Counted from the first letter of the stretch, positions 30,331-39,815 are shown. The stretch is 40,976 bases of DNA from Bacteroidia bacterium (GCA_047614525.1 JBLHEU010000003.1:1-40976); one strand, 5' to 3'. The notes: generated by a model from the sequence alone, not told the origin. Translations and numbers: made by a program.

Positions 30331-30726
30331 ATGTACACAAATAATAGTCTGATTTCACAGTTTATTGCCTGCCATAATACAAGAGAAGCTCTGGCAATAA
30401 CTGATTCATGTAAATCTTTGGATGCCTTCTTGGCCGTAGTAGATTTGCATGGTGCTTACTTAAGAGTATCTGATACAGCTAAGGCAATGATTGGCTGCGA
30501 TTTGAATTGCTTGAAATCGGAAACCATTTTTTCTATGGCTATAGATACCGAAAGGCCCGAGCTATTTAAGGCTTGTTCCCGAGCCGTTATACAAGGTTCA
30601 GTTTACCGAATTTCACACCATATTAAGTGTTCCAATTCTGAGAAAGTTCCGGTGGTTACTCATATGAAGAAGGTGATAGACGATACTGGAATAGAGATGA
30701 TTCTTTGCATGAATGTAAAGGCCTAA
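30331..30726 (+). CDS. Stand-alone Cys-rich PAS-like domain protein
   Basis: AVVDLHGAYLRVSDTAKAMIG...SETIFSM...HHIKCSNSEKVPV follows the PAS/PAC pattern; 7 Cys; no output domain. Confidence 0.6.
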   Translation: MYTNNSLISQFIACHNTREALAITDSCKSLDAFLAVVDLHGAYLRVSDTAKAMIGCDLNCLKSETIFSMAIDTERPELFKACSRAVIQGSVYRISHHIKCSNSEKVPVVTHMKKVIDDTGIEMILCMNVKA

Positions 30727-30900
30727 GTCAGATTTGCTTTATCCAAGGTTATTTTTTACGCTAATCTACTTCAGTCAAACTTCATAACAAATCGTTAGAA
30801 TTCTGTAATAAACTTGGTGGCGTATTTCATTAATTCGCAAACAGAATTAGTAATTAGGAGTACAGTTATTTTTGTTGGTAAACTCTCAAGGCCGAATACA

Positions 30901-31560
30901 GTGAAAGCTCAAGCATTCAGTTTCTTATTCCTTTTGATGTTTCAGGTTGGGCAAGCTCAGTCAGCAGACTTTCAATTTGTATTTGGGTCTAAGGCTCTTA
31001 AGATAGATAGTAGCTATGTAGTAAGCCAGACTCAAATATCCATTGAAACCATTCGGTTTTACGTAAGTGGGGTAGCGCTTTACAAGGGTGGCTCTTTAGT
31101 CTGGAAAGAAGCCGAAAGCTACCATCTTATTGATGCATTAAAAACAGAGTCATTACGTATAGCAATACCTGAGGTTGATGCAGATAAAATGGTATTCCTA
31201 ATTGGAACCGATAGCCTAACCAATGTATCTGGTGCAATGGGCGGAGATTTGGATCCAAGCAAAGGCATGTATTGGGCTTGGAACAGCGGTTACATCAACT
31301 TCAAACTAGAAGGAACAAGCTCAGTTTGCGATACGAGGAACAACGCTTTTCAATTTCATTTAGGTGGATATGCTTATCCTAATGCAACGGTGCAATCCGT
31401 TGAATTGGAACGTACATCAAACACAATTCTTGTAGATGTAAAAGCTTTTTTAGAAGGGGTTGATTTGGCAAAGCATAACACAGTTATGTCGCCTGGACAA
31501 GAGGCTGTTACGCTTGCCAAAAGGACAGCAACTATCTTTAGAATGAAGAATGAAAAATAG
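30901..31560 (+). CDS. mbnP: MbnP-family copper-binding protein
   Basis: Probable GTG start at 30901 with a signal peptide; RFYVS, YHLID, GDLDPSKGMYWAWNSGYINFKLEG (WxW) and FHLGGY motifs. Confidence 0.85.
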   Translation: MKAQAFSFLFLLMFQVGQAQSADFQFVFGSKALKIDSSYVVSQTQISIETIRFYVSGVALYKGGSLVWKEAESYHLIDALKTESLRIAIPEVDADKMVFLIGTDSLTNVSGAMGGDLDPSKGMYWAWNSGYINFKLEGTSSVCDTRNNAFQFHLGGYAYPNATVQSVELERTSNTILVDVKAFLEGVDLAKHNTVMSPGQEAVTLAKRTATIFRMKNEK

Positions 31561-32566
31561 CATTGCGGCTTTCATTCTTTTGAGTTTTGGTCTGATGGCC
31601 GCAACTGTGCCATCTTTGACTAAAGTGGGGTTAGAATATCCTGAAAGCTGGCCAGAACCAGTTTATGATTTCATTAAAAGTCCACTTACTAAAGAAGGAA
31701 TTGCTCTGGGAAGAAAGCTGTTCTACGACCCAATACTCTCCGCGGATAGTACCATATCTTGTAGTAATTGTCATTTATCGTTTACTGCTTTTACCCATGT
31801 AGACCATGATTTAAGCCATGGGATAAGAGACAGCATTGGCACGCGTAATTCTGCAGCTTTAATGAATTTGGCTTGGAGCAAGAAGTTGATGTGGGATGGC
31901 GCAGTCAACCATATAGACATGCAGGCTTTGGCGCCCATTACCCATCCAGCAGAGATGGGCGAGGATTTGAATAATGTGCTTAAGAAGCTTCAACGAACTC
32001 ATACTTATCCAAGTTTATTTCAAATTGTATTTGGCGATAGCATGATTACAGGAGAACACTTGTTAAAAGCGCTTTCTCAGTTTCAATTAACGTTAGTTTC
32101 GGCTAATTCTAAATATGATAAGATGAAACGGGGAGAGGTCAGCTATTCTGAACAGGAGGAGAGTGGTTATGAATTGTATAAGGCCAATTGTAACACATGC
32201 CATCAAGAGCCATTGTTTACCAACGGAGAGTTTGAGAATACAGGCTTACAAGTTGATTCTACCTTGAATGACTATGGAAGAATGCTCATCACCAAAAACC
32301 CAAAAGATTCATTGCTATTTAAGGTTCCAACCTTGAGAAATATTGAGTTCTCATATCCTTACATGCATGATGGGCGGTTTAAGACGCTTAGACAAGTGCT
32401 AAATCATTACTCAGAAGACATATCATCATCCCAAACATTGGCATACGAACTTGAAAATGGCATTCCCTTAACCAGTAATGAGAAGGTTGACTTGACTGCT
32501 TTTTTACTCACACTTACAGACAAAGAATTCTTATTCAACCCAGAATTCTCTTTTCCTAGAAATTGA
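31550..32566 (+). CDS. mbnH: Di-heme cytochrome c peroxidase/MauG family enzyme, MbnH-like
   Basis: LGRKLFYDPILS, CSNCH, RNS...N, MWDG, CNTCH, FKVPTLRN and PYMHDGRF motifs; overlaps mbnP. Confidence 0.85.
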   Translation: MKNSIAAFILLSFGLMAATVPSLTKVGLEYPESWPEPVYDFIKSPLTKEGIALGRKLFYDPILSADSTISCSNCHLSFTAFTHVDHDLSHGIRDSIGTRNSAALMNLAWSKKLMWDGAVNHIDMQALAPITHPAEMGEDLNNVLKKLQRTHTYPSLFQIVFGDSMITGEHLLKALSQFQLTLVSANSKYDKMKRGEVSYSEQEESGYELYKANCNTCHQEPLFTNGEFENTGLQVDSTLNDYGRMLITKNPKDSLLFKVPTLRNIEFSYPYMHDGRFKTLRQVLNHYSEDISSSQTLAYELENGIPLTSNEKVDLTAFLLTLTDKEFLFNPEFSFPRN

Positions 32567-32611
32567 AAATGAACAATCAAAAACAATAACTATCAACTAA
32601 TCTAACATACA

Positions 32612-33964
32612 ATGAAACGTACTTTATTCTCTCTCTTTGGTCTCCTTGCTATAACGCAAGTATCGGCTCAGCAGGCAGCATCGCCAACGCACCCAGCAGT
32701 TTATTCTTGGTTACAGAACACTACAGAAACTGGCACCTTTTATAATCAAGGAAACTCAACTGCTCAGAACAACGGCATTCTCGTTAATTGTCAGGAGGTG
32801 GAATATTCTAATGACTTTGTTTACGCGCATACCGAAGGAGTTCCTGCTTATACAACGGGTCCGTTCTTAGATGGCAATCCATCTGCGGCAACGGCACAAG
32901 GAGACGTTTATAAAATTCCATTAAACCCAACACCAAGTAATAATCCATCAAATACAACTGGCGGTACAATTGGTGTTTTTGTCAATGGAGTTTCGTTATT
33001 TGATTACCGTGATGGAGTAGCTTGGAATCCGAGTACCAATGCACTTTGCGGTGGCCCAGGTAATCCAATGTGTCCGGGTGGCCCAACGGCATCCATGGAT
33101 TGGAACCGAGATGCGATACCAGCCGAAATGGGCGGTTTCGATTGCTCAAAAGCACACCCTGCAATGGGTAATTACCATCATCATCAAAACCCTTCAGCCT
33201 TTGACTTAGATCAAAACGTGGTTTCAACTATCTGTAACTTGTATGATGCAGAAGGGTTGTATGCCATTAATACTTCTGAGCATTCGCCACTGTTAGGCTT
33301 TGCTTATGACGGTTATCCAATTTATGGCGCTTATGGTTATGCAACCGAAAGTGGAACTGGGGTGATTACAAGAATTAAGTCTGGTTATGAGTTGTCGACC
33401 GCTACAACCAGAGCCAACGGCCCTGATGTTAATGCAACGTATTTTAACGGCTACTTCCGCGAAGATTACACTTGGGTTGCTCATTCTGGAGAAGAAGAAT
33501 ACCTAGACGAGCACAACGGAAGAAACTGCGTAACTCCCGAATATCCTGGTGGAATTTATGCTTATTTCTGTACTATAGACGAAGACTGGAACTCAGTTTA
33601 TCCATATGCTGTTGGACCAACTTTTTACGGAACCTACGCTAACCGTAGCGTTACCTCGGTAACTGAAGCCACAACCGTATACACGCCACCTTCTGTTGGG
33701 CTGACCGAAGCTGAAGAGCAAGAAATGGACGTAGTTGTTTTTCCAAACCCAGCATCTGACTTGGTTGCTTTACAAGTAAAAGGTCTGGTTAAAGAGAACC
33801 TAGCCATTACCGTTTTGGACATTACCGGAAAAGTGATTGCTGAAGATGTGCTGACAGCAGGAACGACCATCTGGTATTTGGATACAAAGACTCTATACGA
33901 TGGTGTTTACATCATCAAAATTGGAAATACCATTGCTAAACAAGTAACGGTAGCAAGAAATTAG
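32612..33964 (+). CDS. YHYH-domain protein with T9SS type-A sorting domain
   Basis: Signal peptide; IGVFVNGV, AHP..GNYHHH, HSPLLGFAYDGYPIYG, LDEHNGR and TPEYPGGIYAYF motifs; C-terminal sorting domain VFPNPASD...GVYIIKI. Confidence 0.88.
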   Translation: MKRTLFSLFGLLAITQVSAQQAASPTHPAVYSWLQNTTETGTFYNQGNSTAQNNGILVNCQEVEYSNDFVYAHTEGVPAYTTGPFLDGNPSAATAQGDVYKIPLNPTPSNNPSNTTGGTIGVFVNGVSLFDYRDGVAWNPSTNALCGGPGNPMCPGGPTASMDWNRDAIPAEMGGFDCSKAHPAMGNYHHHQNPSAFDLDQNVVSTICNLYDAEGLYAINTSEHSPLLGFAYDGYPIYGAYGYATESGTGVITRIKSGYELSTATTRANGPDVNATYFNGYFREDYTWVAHSGEEEYLDEHNGRNCVTPEYPGGIYAYFCTIDEDWNSVYPYAVGPTFYGTYANRSVTSVTEATTVYTPPSVGLTEAEEQEMDVVVFPNPASDLVALQVKGLVKENLAITVLDITGKVIAEDVLTAGTTIWYLDTKTLYDGVYIIKIGNTIAKQVTVARN

Positions 33965-34016
33965 GGCTACGGTTACAACTGCATTAATGAATTGAATAGT
34001 TAGTTGGTTGAAGTGC

Positions 34017-34053
34017 AAAGGACCGACATGCTTCTGCGTGTTGGTCCTTTTTT
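34017..34053 (+). terminator. Intrinsic terminator closing the mbnP-mbnH-YHYH unit
   Basis: AAAGGACCGACATGC-ttct-GCGTGTTGGTCCTTT followed by a T tract. Confidence 0.8.
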
Positions 34054-34274
34054 ATTGGTTTAAGTAATGTGTTATTTTTGAAAACGATAACCTGGTTATT
34101 ACTTGCGGTAAATGCGTAGAAGGAGGTTCTTAAATCGGAAACGTTTGGGAGTTGAAAAAGTAAAATGATTCTCAGGTTGTTACCTAAAGGGTATCCCAAT
34201 TTGATTATCAATGTGACGTGTGACACTCGATATATTTTTAGCCACAGAGACACAGAATTTAGCTGAATACGTCA

Positions 34275-34332
34275 CGTCAACCTGAACTTGTTTCAGCATC
34301 TAATCAGACCCTGAAACAAGTTCAGGGTGACG
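34275..34332. repeat. REP-like inverted doublet (family B)
   Basis: CGTCAACCTGAACTTGTTTCAGCATCT-aatc-AGACCCTGAAACAAGTTCAGGGTGACG. The arms are near reverse complements and each contains an internal CTGAA..TTCAG palindrome. Confidence 0.75.
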
Positions 34333-34347
34333 CTATTAAAAAAGAAG

Positions 34348-35535
34348 CTAGCTGAATAGGAGCACCAATTGAGCTAATCCGGCCACTCCGCCTAAAACGG
34401 CACCAACAAGAATTAGAATCCACTCATCTTCTTGGAATGCAGGACGCAGCACAGCTTCAAATTCATCGGGAGGGAGCCCGGCCATTTTCTCTCGCATGGT
34501 GGTTTCTAGGTCGAGCACATCTTCTGCATATTCGAAGGTGCGATTAATGGAATGGGGGAGGCTCTCTACAAACCTGGTGGCTGCCATATCCTTTAGCTCG
34601 TCATACTTTTTAGTGCCAGCAAAAATTTGGTAGATGTTTCTTGATATACCAATCTGGTCATCAATAGCACGTTTAACATGCCCTTGAAGTATGGTAATCA
34701 TTTTGTCAGATGCTTTACCACGGAATATCCTTTCAAACATCCGTTCTACGGTTAATATTTTAGACGATACAATCTTGGAGTACTCGGCTGCTACTTCGTT
34801 CTGGCGCTTAATGAATAAACCGTGAATTTTAATGCCTAGGAAGTTGATTTCCTTCTTAGGATTGAAAATCATTTTGAGTGCTAACCAGTTAGTTGCCCAC
34901 CCAACAATAAGACCGCCAACGGGCAAGAGCCACCAAGAATCGTTGAAGAACCATACAATGGCTTGGATGATTCCGAATAGGAACCCGAAGTAAAGCCCAG
35001 AGGTTCTGATGAATTTAAATTCTTCTTCGCCACACTTTAAGAATATTTCGTTGGTAAGCAATTTGTCTGCCGTAAGGTGTTCTACCACTAATCCTTTAAT
35101 GTCTAGAAACTCCTCTATGTTGTCTCTTACATCTAGCATCATTTCTTCTGCCACGGCAGGCATTTGAGAAACCGCCTGCTTGTAGATGGTCTCCTTAACC
35201 AGGTTAGGGGTAGCAAGCCACATTAATCCTGCTTCTTTTTTCATCACTTCGTCAATCATTTGACGCGCCATTTTCTCTAACCCAGGTTGCAAGTCGGCAG
35301 CAACACGTTTGGGTTCTATCTTCTCAAAAAGCGCCTGAACATCAATGAGCTTGCTCGTCATTAAGTCCACCGATTTTTCAGCCATTTTACCTGCTTTAGA
35401 AGGGACAATGCCCTGCCAACCCAGAAAAGGCTTGATGCCCACAAATTCGATGGGGTAGAAGGTCATCTGAATGGCCAACCAGTTTGTTCCCCAGCCAACA
35501 AGGCCGCTTATAATGGGTATTGCCAAATAAGGCAA
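34348..35535 (-). CDS. DUF445-family membrane protein
   Basis: Duplicated GWxTNWLAxxMxFxP motif, WQGIVP, and C-terminal FQEDEWILILVGAVLG. Confidence 0.88.
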   Translation of the reverse strand: MPYLAIPIISGLVGWGTNWLAIQMTFYPIEFVGIKPFLGWQGIVPSKAGKMAEKSVDLMTSKLIDVQALFEKIEPKRVAADLQPGLEKMARQMIDEVMKKEAGLMWLATPNLVKETIYKQAVSQMPAVAEEMMLDVRDNIEEFLDIKGLVVEHLTADKLLTNEIFLKCGEEEFKFIRTSGLYFGFLFGIIQAIVWFFNDSWWLLPVGGLIVGWATNWLALKMIFNPKKEINFLGIKIHGLFIKRQNEVAAEYSKIVSSKILTVERMFERIFRGKASDKMITILQGHVKRAIDDQIGISRNIYQIFAGTKKYDELKDMAATRFVESLPHSINRTFEYAEDVLDLETTMREKMAGLPPDEFEAVLRPAFQEDEWILILVGAVLGGVAGLAQLVLLFS

Positions 35536-35711
35536 GAGGTAATTATATGTTTCCCAGAGTTCGATGGCAGCTAATCTAGTAATGTAGGACTAAAAGTTAC
35601 ACCTTGTAATCGTCAATTCGGAAAGATAGTTTTAATCGGAATGTTGGCAGGGTATCTTTTGATACAATTTTATTTCTCAAAATCGCTCCGGGTGACGTCC
35701 CAATGCCTCAT

Positions 35712-37286
35712 TCAATCTTTCACCCAACCTCTCGGATTACCTAAAAAATTCTTTTTGAATTGGGAGAGAACATTCCGCATTTCTTCCACCTTTTTTTCTT
35801 GCCGTGTAGCAACGTTATAAGATTCGTACGGGCTGTCTTTGAGGTTATACAGTTTTGGCCAATTATCTAGTCTATTAATTGTAGTGTCTTTTTCTGGCGG
35901 AGTATATGTGGGCACATACTCGCTGGTTGTGTAATTAGGGTGTTCTAAAGGAATAGGCCAGGTATAGCTGTAGTTGGTTTCTATAAATTTCCAATCGCCT
36001 ATTCTAACAGCTTCAAAGGCATAATCATGAAAAAGGAACAACGGACGGGAATAGGCAAGGCCTGTTTTGGTGGTGTCTGCTAGGATATCGAACAGATTGT
36101 GGCCGTCAATAATTCTGTCTTTTGGTAATGATATTCCTGCTGCTGCCATGAGGGTGGGCAAGAGGTCTATGCCCATGGCTGGAACAGCGGTTTTGTATGC
36201 TGCTTTTATCTTTTTAGGATACCGAATAATGAAGGGTACTTTATATCCGCCTTCGTACATCTGGCCTTTTCTGCCTCTCAATCCGCAGGGGTTTCCTTCA
36301 AACCAAGGACCATTATCGCTAGTAACCACAACTATGGTGTTTTCGGTAAGGTTTAAACTGTCTAGGTGTTTTAGTATTTCTCCAACGCTGTAATCAAACT
36401 CTTCTACAGCATCGCCATAGGCGCCTCCTTTAGATTTTCCCTTAAATCCTTTTGATGGAAAAAAGGGTTGATGCGGGTCTTTGTGCGCTAGGTAGAGGAA
36501 GAAGGGTTCGTCTTTGTTTTGGGTGATAAAGCTTTTGGCCGAATCTGTAAACAACTGCGTGTAATGCTCTTGGTCTAAACCAATATCGTTTAGCATTTTA
36601 CGGTCGTTTTCGTAAAAGGCAACTGGCCAATCGTCATTTGAGGCTTCTAGCCCAACGAAATAATCAAAGCCATGATTGAAAGGATGAAATTGATCGTCTT
36701 GCGAGATGGTGCCTAGGTGCCATTTACCCACTACACCTGTTTTGTAGTTGGCAAGCTTCAGCATTTCTGGAATGATAATCTCTGATTGCATAATGCCGTT
36801 AATAATGTTGCGCTCGCCACGCATATCTACAGCTCCTAAGGTGTTTGCTAAGCGGTTGCCTACATTCATCACAAAACTGGTATTTACATGATGAAAAGGG
36901 TAGGCGAGACCCTGTCTTATTGCATATCTACCGGATAGAAAACCAAACCGCGAAGGGGTGCAAATAGAGGAGGGTGCGTAAAAGTTGGTGAACACTACAC
37001 CTTGACTTGCAAGAGTGTCTAAATTTTGGGTGTTAATGGCCGTTTGTTGGTTGTAACTCACATCTCCATAGCCTAAATCGTCCGCCAAAATGAAGACGAT
37101 ATTCGGTTTGTCTGCCATAGGCGTTACATCTACTATGTCTTCGATATTAAAAGGGCGGTCGTCAAAATCTGAACGAACCAAGCCTTGGTGCGAAGGACCT
37201 TGCAAGAAGTACCATGTAAGTATTGCGCCAACTAATAGAATGAGGAAAAACGATAGGCTTAAGAAAAGACGTTTGAAAAACTTCAT
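35712..37286 (-). CDS. Cys-type (formylglycine-dependent) arylsulfatase with N-terminal membrane anchor
   Basis: PNIVFILADDLGYGD, CTPSR, GKWHLG, HGFDYF, SDNG and LYNL motifs. Confidence 0.95.
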   Translation of the reverse strand: MKFFKRLFLSLSFFLILLVGAILTWYFLQGPSHQGLVRSDFDDRPFNIEDIVDVTPMADKPNIVFILADDLGYGDVSYNQQTAINTQNLDTLASQGVVFTNFYAPSSICTPSRFGFLSGRYAIRQGLAYPFHHVNTSFVMNVGNRLANTLGAVDMRGERNIINGIMQSEIIIPEMLKLANYKTGVVGKWHLGTISQDDQFHPFNHGFDYFVGLEASNDDWPVAFYENDRKMLNDIGLDQEHYTQLFTDSAKSFITQNKDEPFFLYLAHKDPHQPFFPSKGFKGKSKGGAYGDAVEEFDYSVGEILKHLDSLNLTENTIVVVTSDNGPWFEGNPCGLRGRKGQMYEGGYKVPFIIRYPKKIKAAYKTAVPAMGIDLLPTLMAAAGISLPKDRIIDGHNLFDILADTTKTGLAYSRPLFLFHDYAFEAVRIGDWKFIETNYSYTWPIPLEHPNYTTSEYVPTYTPPEKDTTINRLDNWPKLYNLKDSPYESYNVATRQEKKVEEMRNVLSQFKKNFLGNPRGWVKD

Positions 37287-37380
37287 TTTGAAAGCTACTA
37301 AAAGCTTTGATTGTACAATGGAAACAAGGGTGACACCGATTAATTTGGTTCTTATATTGTGAGCTTACAAATAGAACGAT

Positions 37381-37806
37381 ATGTTAAAATCTTGGTTGAG
37401 TGTAGGATTAGTAAGCTTTATGCTAATTGGTTGTGCTGATAGTGCATCGGATAATGAAGTACAAAGTGAAACAGAAGAGTCTGTAACGGTAGTTGGTACT
37501 GAGAGTACTAATGCAGAAGCAGAAGTAAAATATACAGTTACAGAGGCACCCTCAGACCAAGAGAAAGTTGCTGCGCCAGCTTCTGGATTGAATCCAGCTC
37601 ATGGTCAACCAGGACATAATTGTGATATTGAAGTAGGGGCACCATTAGATGGTTCTGGCGGTAAAAGTCAGCCAGTATTGGCACCAAACCTAGCTACGCA
37701 ACCAGCAGCACCAAGTCAGCCAGCAACAGGAGCATTGAATCCTGCACATGGTCAGCCTGGGCACGATTGTGATGTTGCCGTTGGCGCGCCACTGCCTGCT
37801 AAATAG
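37381..37806 (+). CDS. Lipoprotein with two His/Cys-containing 20-aa repeats
   Basis: Lipobox LIGC; repeats LNPAHGQPGHNCDIEVGAPL and LNPAHGQPGHDCDVAVGAPL separated by low-complexity linkers. Confidence 0.85.
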   Translation: MLKSWLSVGLVSFMLIGCADSASDNEVQSETEESVTVVGTESTNAEAEVKYTVTEAPSDQEKVAAPASGLNPAHGQPGHNCDIEVGAPLDGSGGKSQPVLAPNLATQPAAPSQPATGALNPAHGQPGHDCDVAVGAPLPAK

Positions 37807-37960
37807 TCTCTCGTTTTAGGAGATTATTGGTTGGTGTATTTCTGATAAATATTTGATTGTACTTTTCTCTTGATAGAAAAGAACGAAAAGATTAAGACTG
37901 CCTAAACAGTTAAGTAAATACTCATGCCTAGAAGAATAGAGTAGCTTGACAGTAGGAGTT

Positions 37961-37989
37961 AGGAGAAAAAAGAAAAGACGGTAATTGCA
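37961..37989 (+). repeat. Left copy of an imperfect direct repeat flanking the second ACAD gene
   Basis: AGGAGAAAAAAGAAAAGACGGTAATTGCA versus AGGAGAAACGAAAAGGCGGTAATTGCA at 39807-39833. Confidence 0.6.
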
Positions 37990-38036
37990 TTTGCCACTGT
38001 GGCTTTTACATTAGCAATTCAATAAATAAAGGACAT

Positions 38037-39743
38037 ATGCTACTTCATCCAAACAAGACAGATTTCTCCCATTTAGATGCAGAATCTCAAGAGATAATGC
38101 GTCTCACCATTTCTTTCTTTGAAAACAAAGGGAAGGAAAAACTGATGGAAGATGACCGGCATTTGGTTTGGTATGCTGATTTCTTAGAATATGTAAAGGA
38201 CAATAAGCTCTTTGCAAAACTGATGACGCCAGCTGGTTATGGTGCCGAAGGTTCTAGATGGGATACTACCCGAATTGCTGCTTTCACAGAAATATGCGGG
38301 TTCTACGGCTTATGCTATTGGTATACTTATCAGGTTTCTTCTCTTGGCCTTGGCCCCATTTGGATGAGTGGGAATGAGGAGATAAAGCAAAAAACTGCAA
38401 CGCTGCTGGAAGAAGGAAACATCTTTGCTTTTGGTTTATCTGAGAAAGAACATGGTGCCGATATTTATTCTAGCGGTGTGTTCTTAACACCAAAAGGAGA
38501 CGGAACTTATACCGCAAGCGGTAGCAAGTACTACATAGGAAATGGAAATAAAGCGGCCATTGTTTCTGTATTTGGTAAGATGGCTGAAACCGGTGATTAC
38601 GTCTTCTTTGCGGTTGATTCTCAGCATGCAAACTACAAGCTAATTAAGAACACGGTTAACAGTCAGTCTTATGTTTCTGAATTTAAACTGGAGGATTATC
38701 CGATAACAGAGGCAGAGATTCTGCACAAGGGGAGAGATGCTTGGGATGCAGCTTTGAACACGGTAAATGTGAACAAGTACAACCTTGGTTGGGGTTCAAT
38801 AGGTATTTGTACCCACGCTATGTACGAGACCATTACGCATGCTGCTAACCGTAATTTGTACGGAAAATTTGTAACGGATTTCCCGCATGTAAAGGCGCTT
38901 CTTACTACGGCTTACACGCGTTTATTTGCCATGAAATTGTTTGCCCTTAGAGCAACAGATTATATGCGAACTGCCTCTGCTGAGGATAGACGTTACTTGC
39001 TTTTTGTGCCAATGGTTAAGATGAAGGTTACTACAGAAGGAGAGCATGTAATTAACGACATGTGGGATGTAATGGCGGCCAAGGGATTTGAGAAGGATAT
39101 GTATTTCAATATGGCTGCAAGAGATATTCGGGCCTTACCTAAGTTGGAAGGAACGGTGCATGTAAACATGGCGTTGATTATCAAATTCATGCCTAACTAC
39201 TTCTTCAACCCTGGAGGGTTTCCAGAAATCCCAACGTTTCAAGAGCCTGTGAATGATGATTTCCTTTTTAACCAAGGACCTACAAAAGGATTGGGTGGAA
39301 TTCAGTTCCATAATTACTACAACGTTTACAAATCTGTTGACTTGCCTAATGTGAATGTGTTTAAGGAGCAGATAAAGGTTCTGAGAGAGGCATTGATGAC
39401 GGCTGGTCCAGACGAGGCGCAGCAGAAGGATATTGATTTCTTATTAACTGTTGGAGAGTTGTTTACGTTGGTTGTTTACGGACAATTAATCTTGGAGAAC
39501 GCCAAACTGTGCAATATCGAAGATGACATGGTAGACCAAATGTTTGAAGTATTTGTTTCTGATTTCTCAAGGTTCTCTTTAGAACTTGGCAACAAGCCAT
39601 CCAGCAGCGAGAAACAGCAGGAATACGCAAGTAAAATGATTCGTAAGCCCATATACAATACGGAGCGCACAGCTAGAATTTGGGATAAGCATGTATATGC
39701 TATGAAAGAATCGTATGCTATGAATCCTGTAGCTAAGGGTTAA
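38037..39743 (+). CDS. Acyl-CoA dehydrogenase (distinct subfamily)
   Basis: FGLSEKEHGAD, GSKYYIGNG, AAKGFE and LPKLEGTVHVN motifs. Confidence 0.93.
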   Translation: MLLHPNKTDFSHLDAESQEIMRLTISFFENKGKEKLMEDDRHLVWYADFLEYVKDNKLFAKLMTPAGYGAEGSRWDTTRIAAFTEICGFYGLCYWYTYQVSSLGLGPIWMSGNEEIKQKTATLLEEGNIFAFGLSEKEHGADIYSSGVFLTPKGDGTYTASGSKYYIGNGNKAAIVSVFGKMAETGDYVFFAVDSQHANYKLIKNTVNSQSYVSEFKLEDYPITEAEILHKGRDAWDAALNTVNVNKYNLGWGSIGICTHAMYETITHAANRNLYGKFVTDFPHVKALLTTAYTRLFAMKLFALRATDYMRTASAEDRRYLLFVPMVKMKVTTEGEHVINDMWDVMAAKGFEKDMYFNMAARDIRALPKLEGTVHVNMALIIKFMPNYFFNPGGFPEIPTFQEPVNDDFLFNQGPTKGLGGIQFHNYYNVYKSVDLPNVNVFKEQIKVLREALMTAGPDEAQQKDIDFLLTVGELFTLVVYGQLILENAKLCNIEDDMVDQMFEVFVSDFSRFSLELGNKPSSSEKQQEYASKMIRKPIYNTERTARIWDKHVYAMKESYAMNPVAKG

Positions 39744-39815
39744 TTAATCTGTAGAGTAAAGATTCGTGCGACCGTAATGAAGGGATTATACACTTTTTTG
39801 AAAGGAAGGAGAAAC

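Noticed and set aside
30901-32566. Methanobactin biosynthetic cluster
   Set aside because: There is no precursor peptide, MbnB/MbnC or TonB-dependent receptor; only the MbnP/MbnH-like pair is present.
33984-34253. 89-aa minus-strand ORF and a CCACAGAGACACAGA motif
   Set aside because: The ORF crosses a terminator and has no protein-like features, and the motif is a single short copy with no associated gene.
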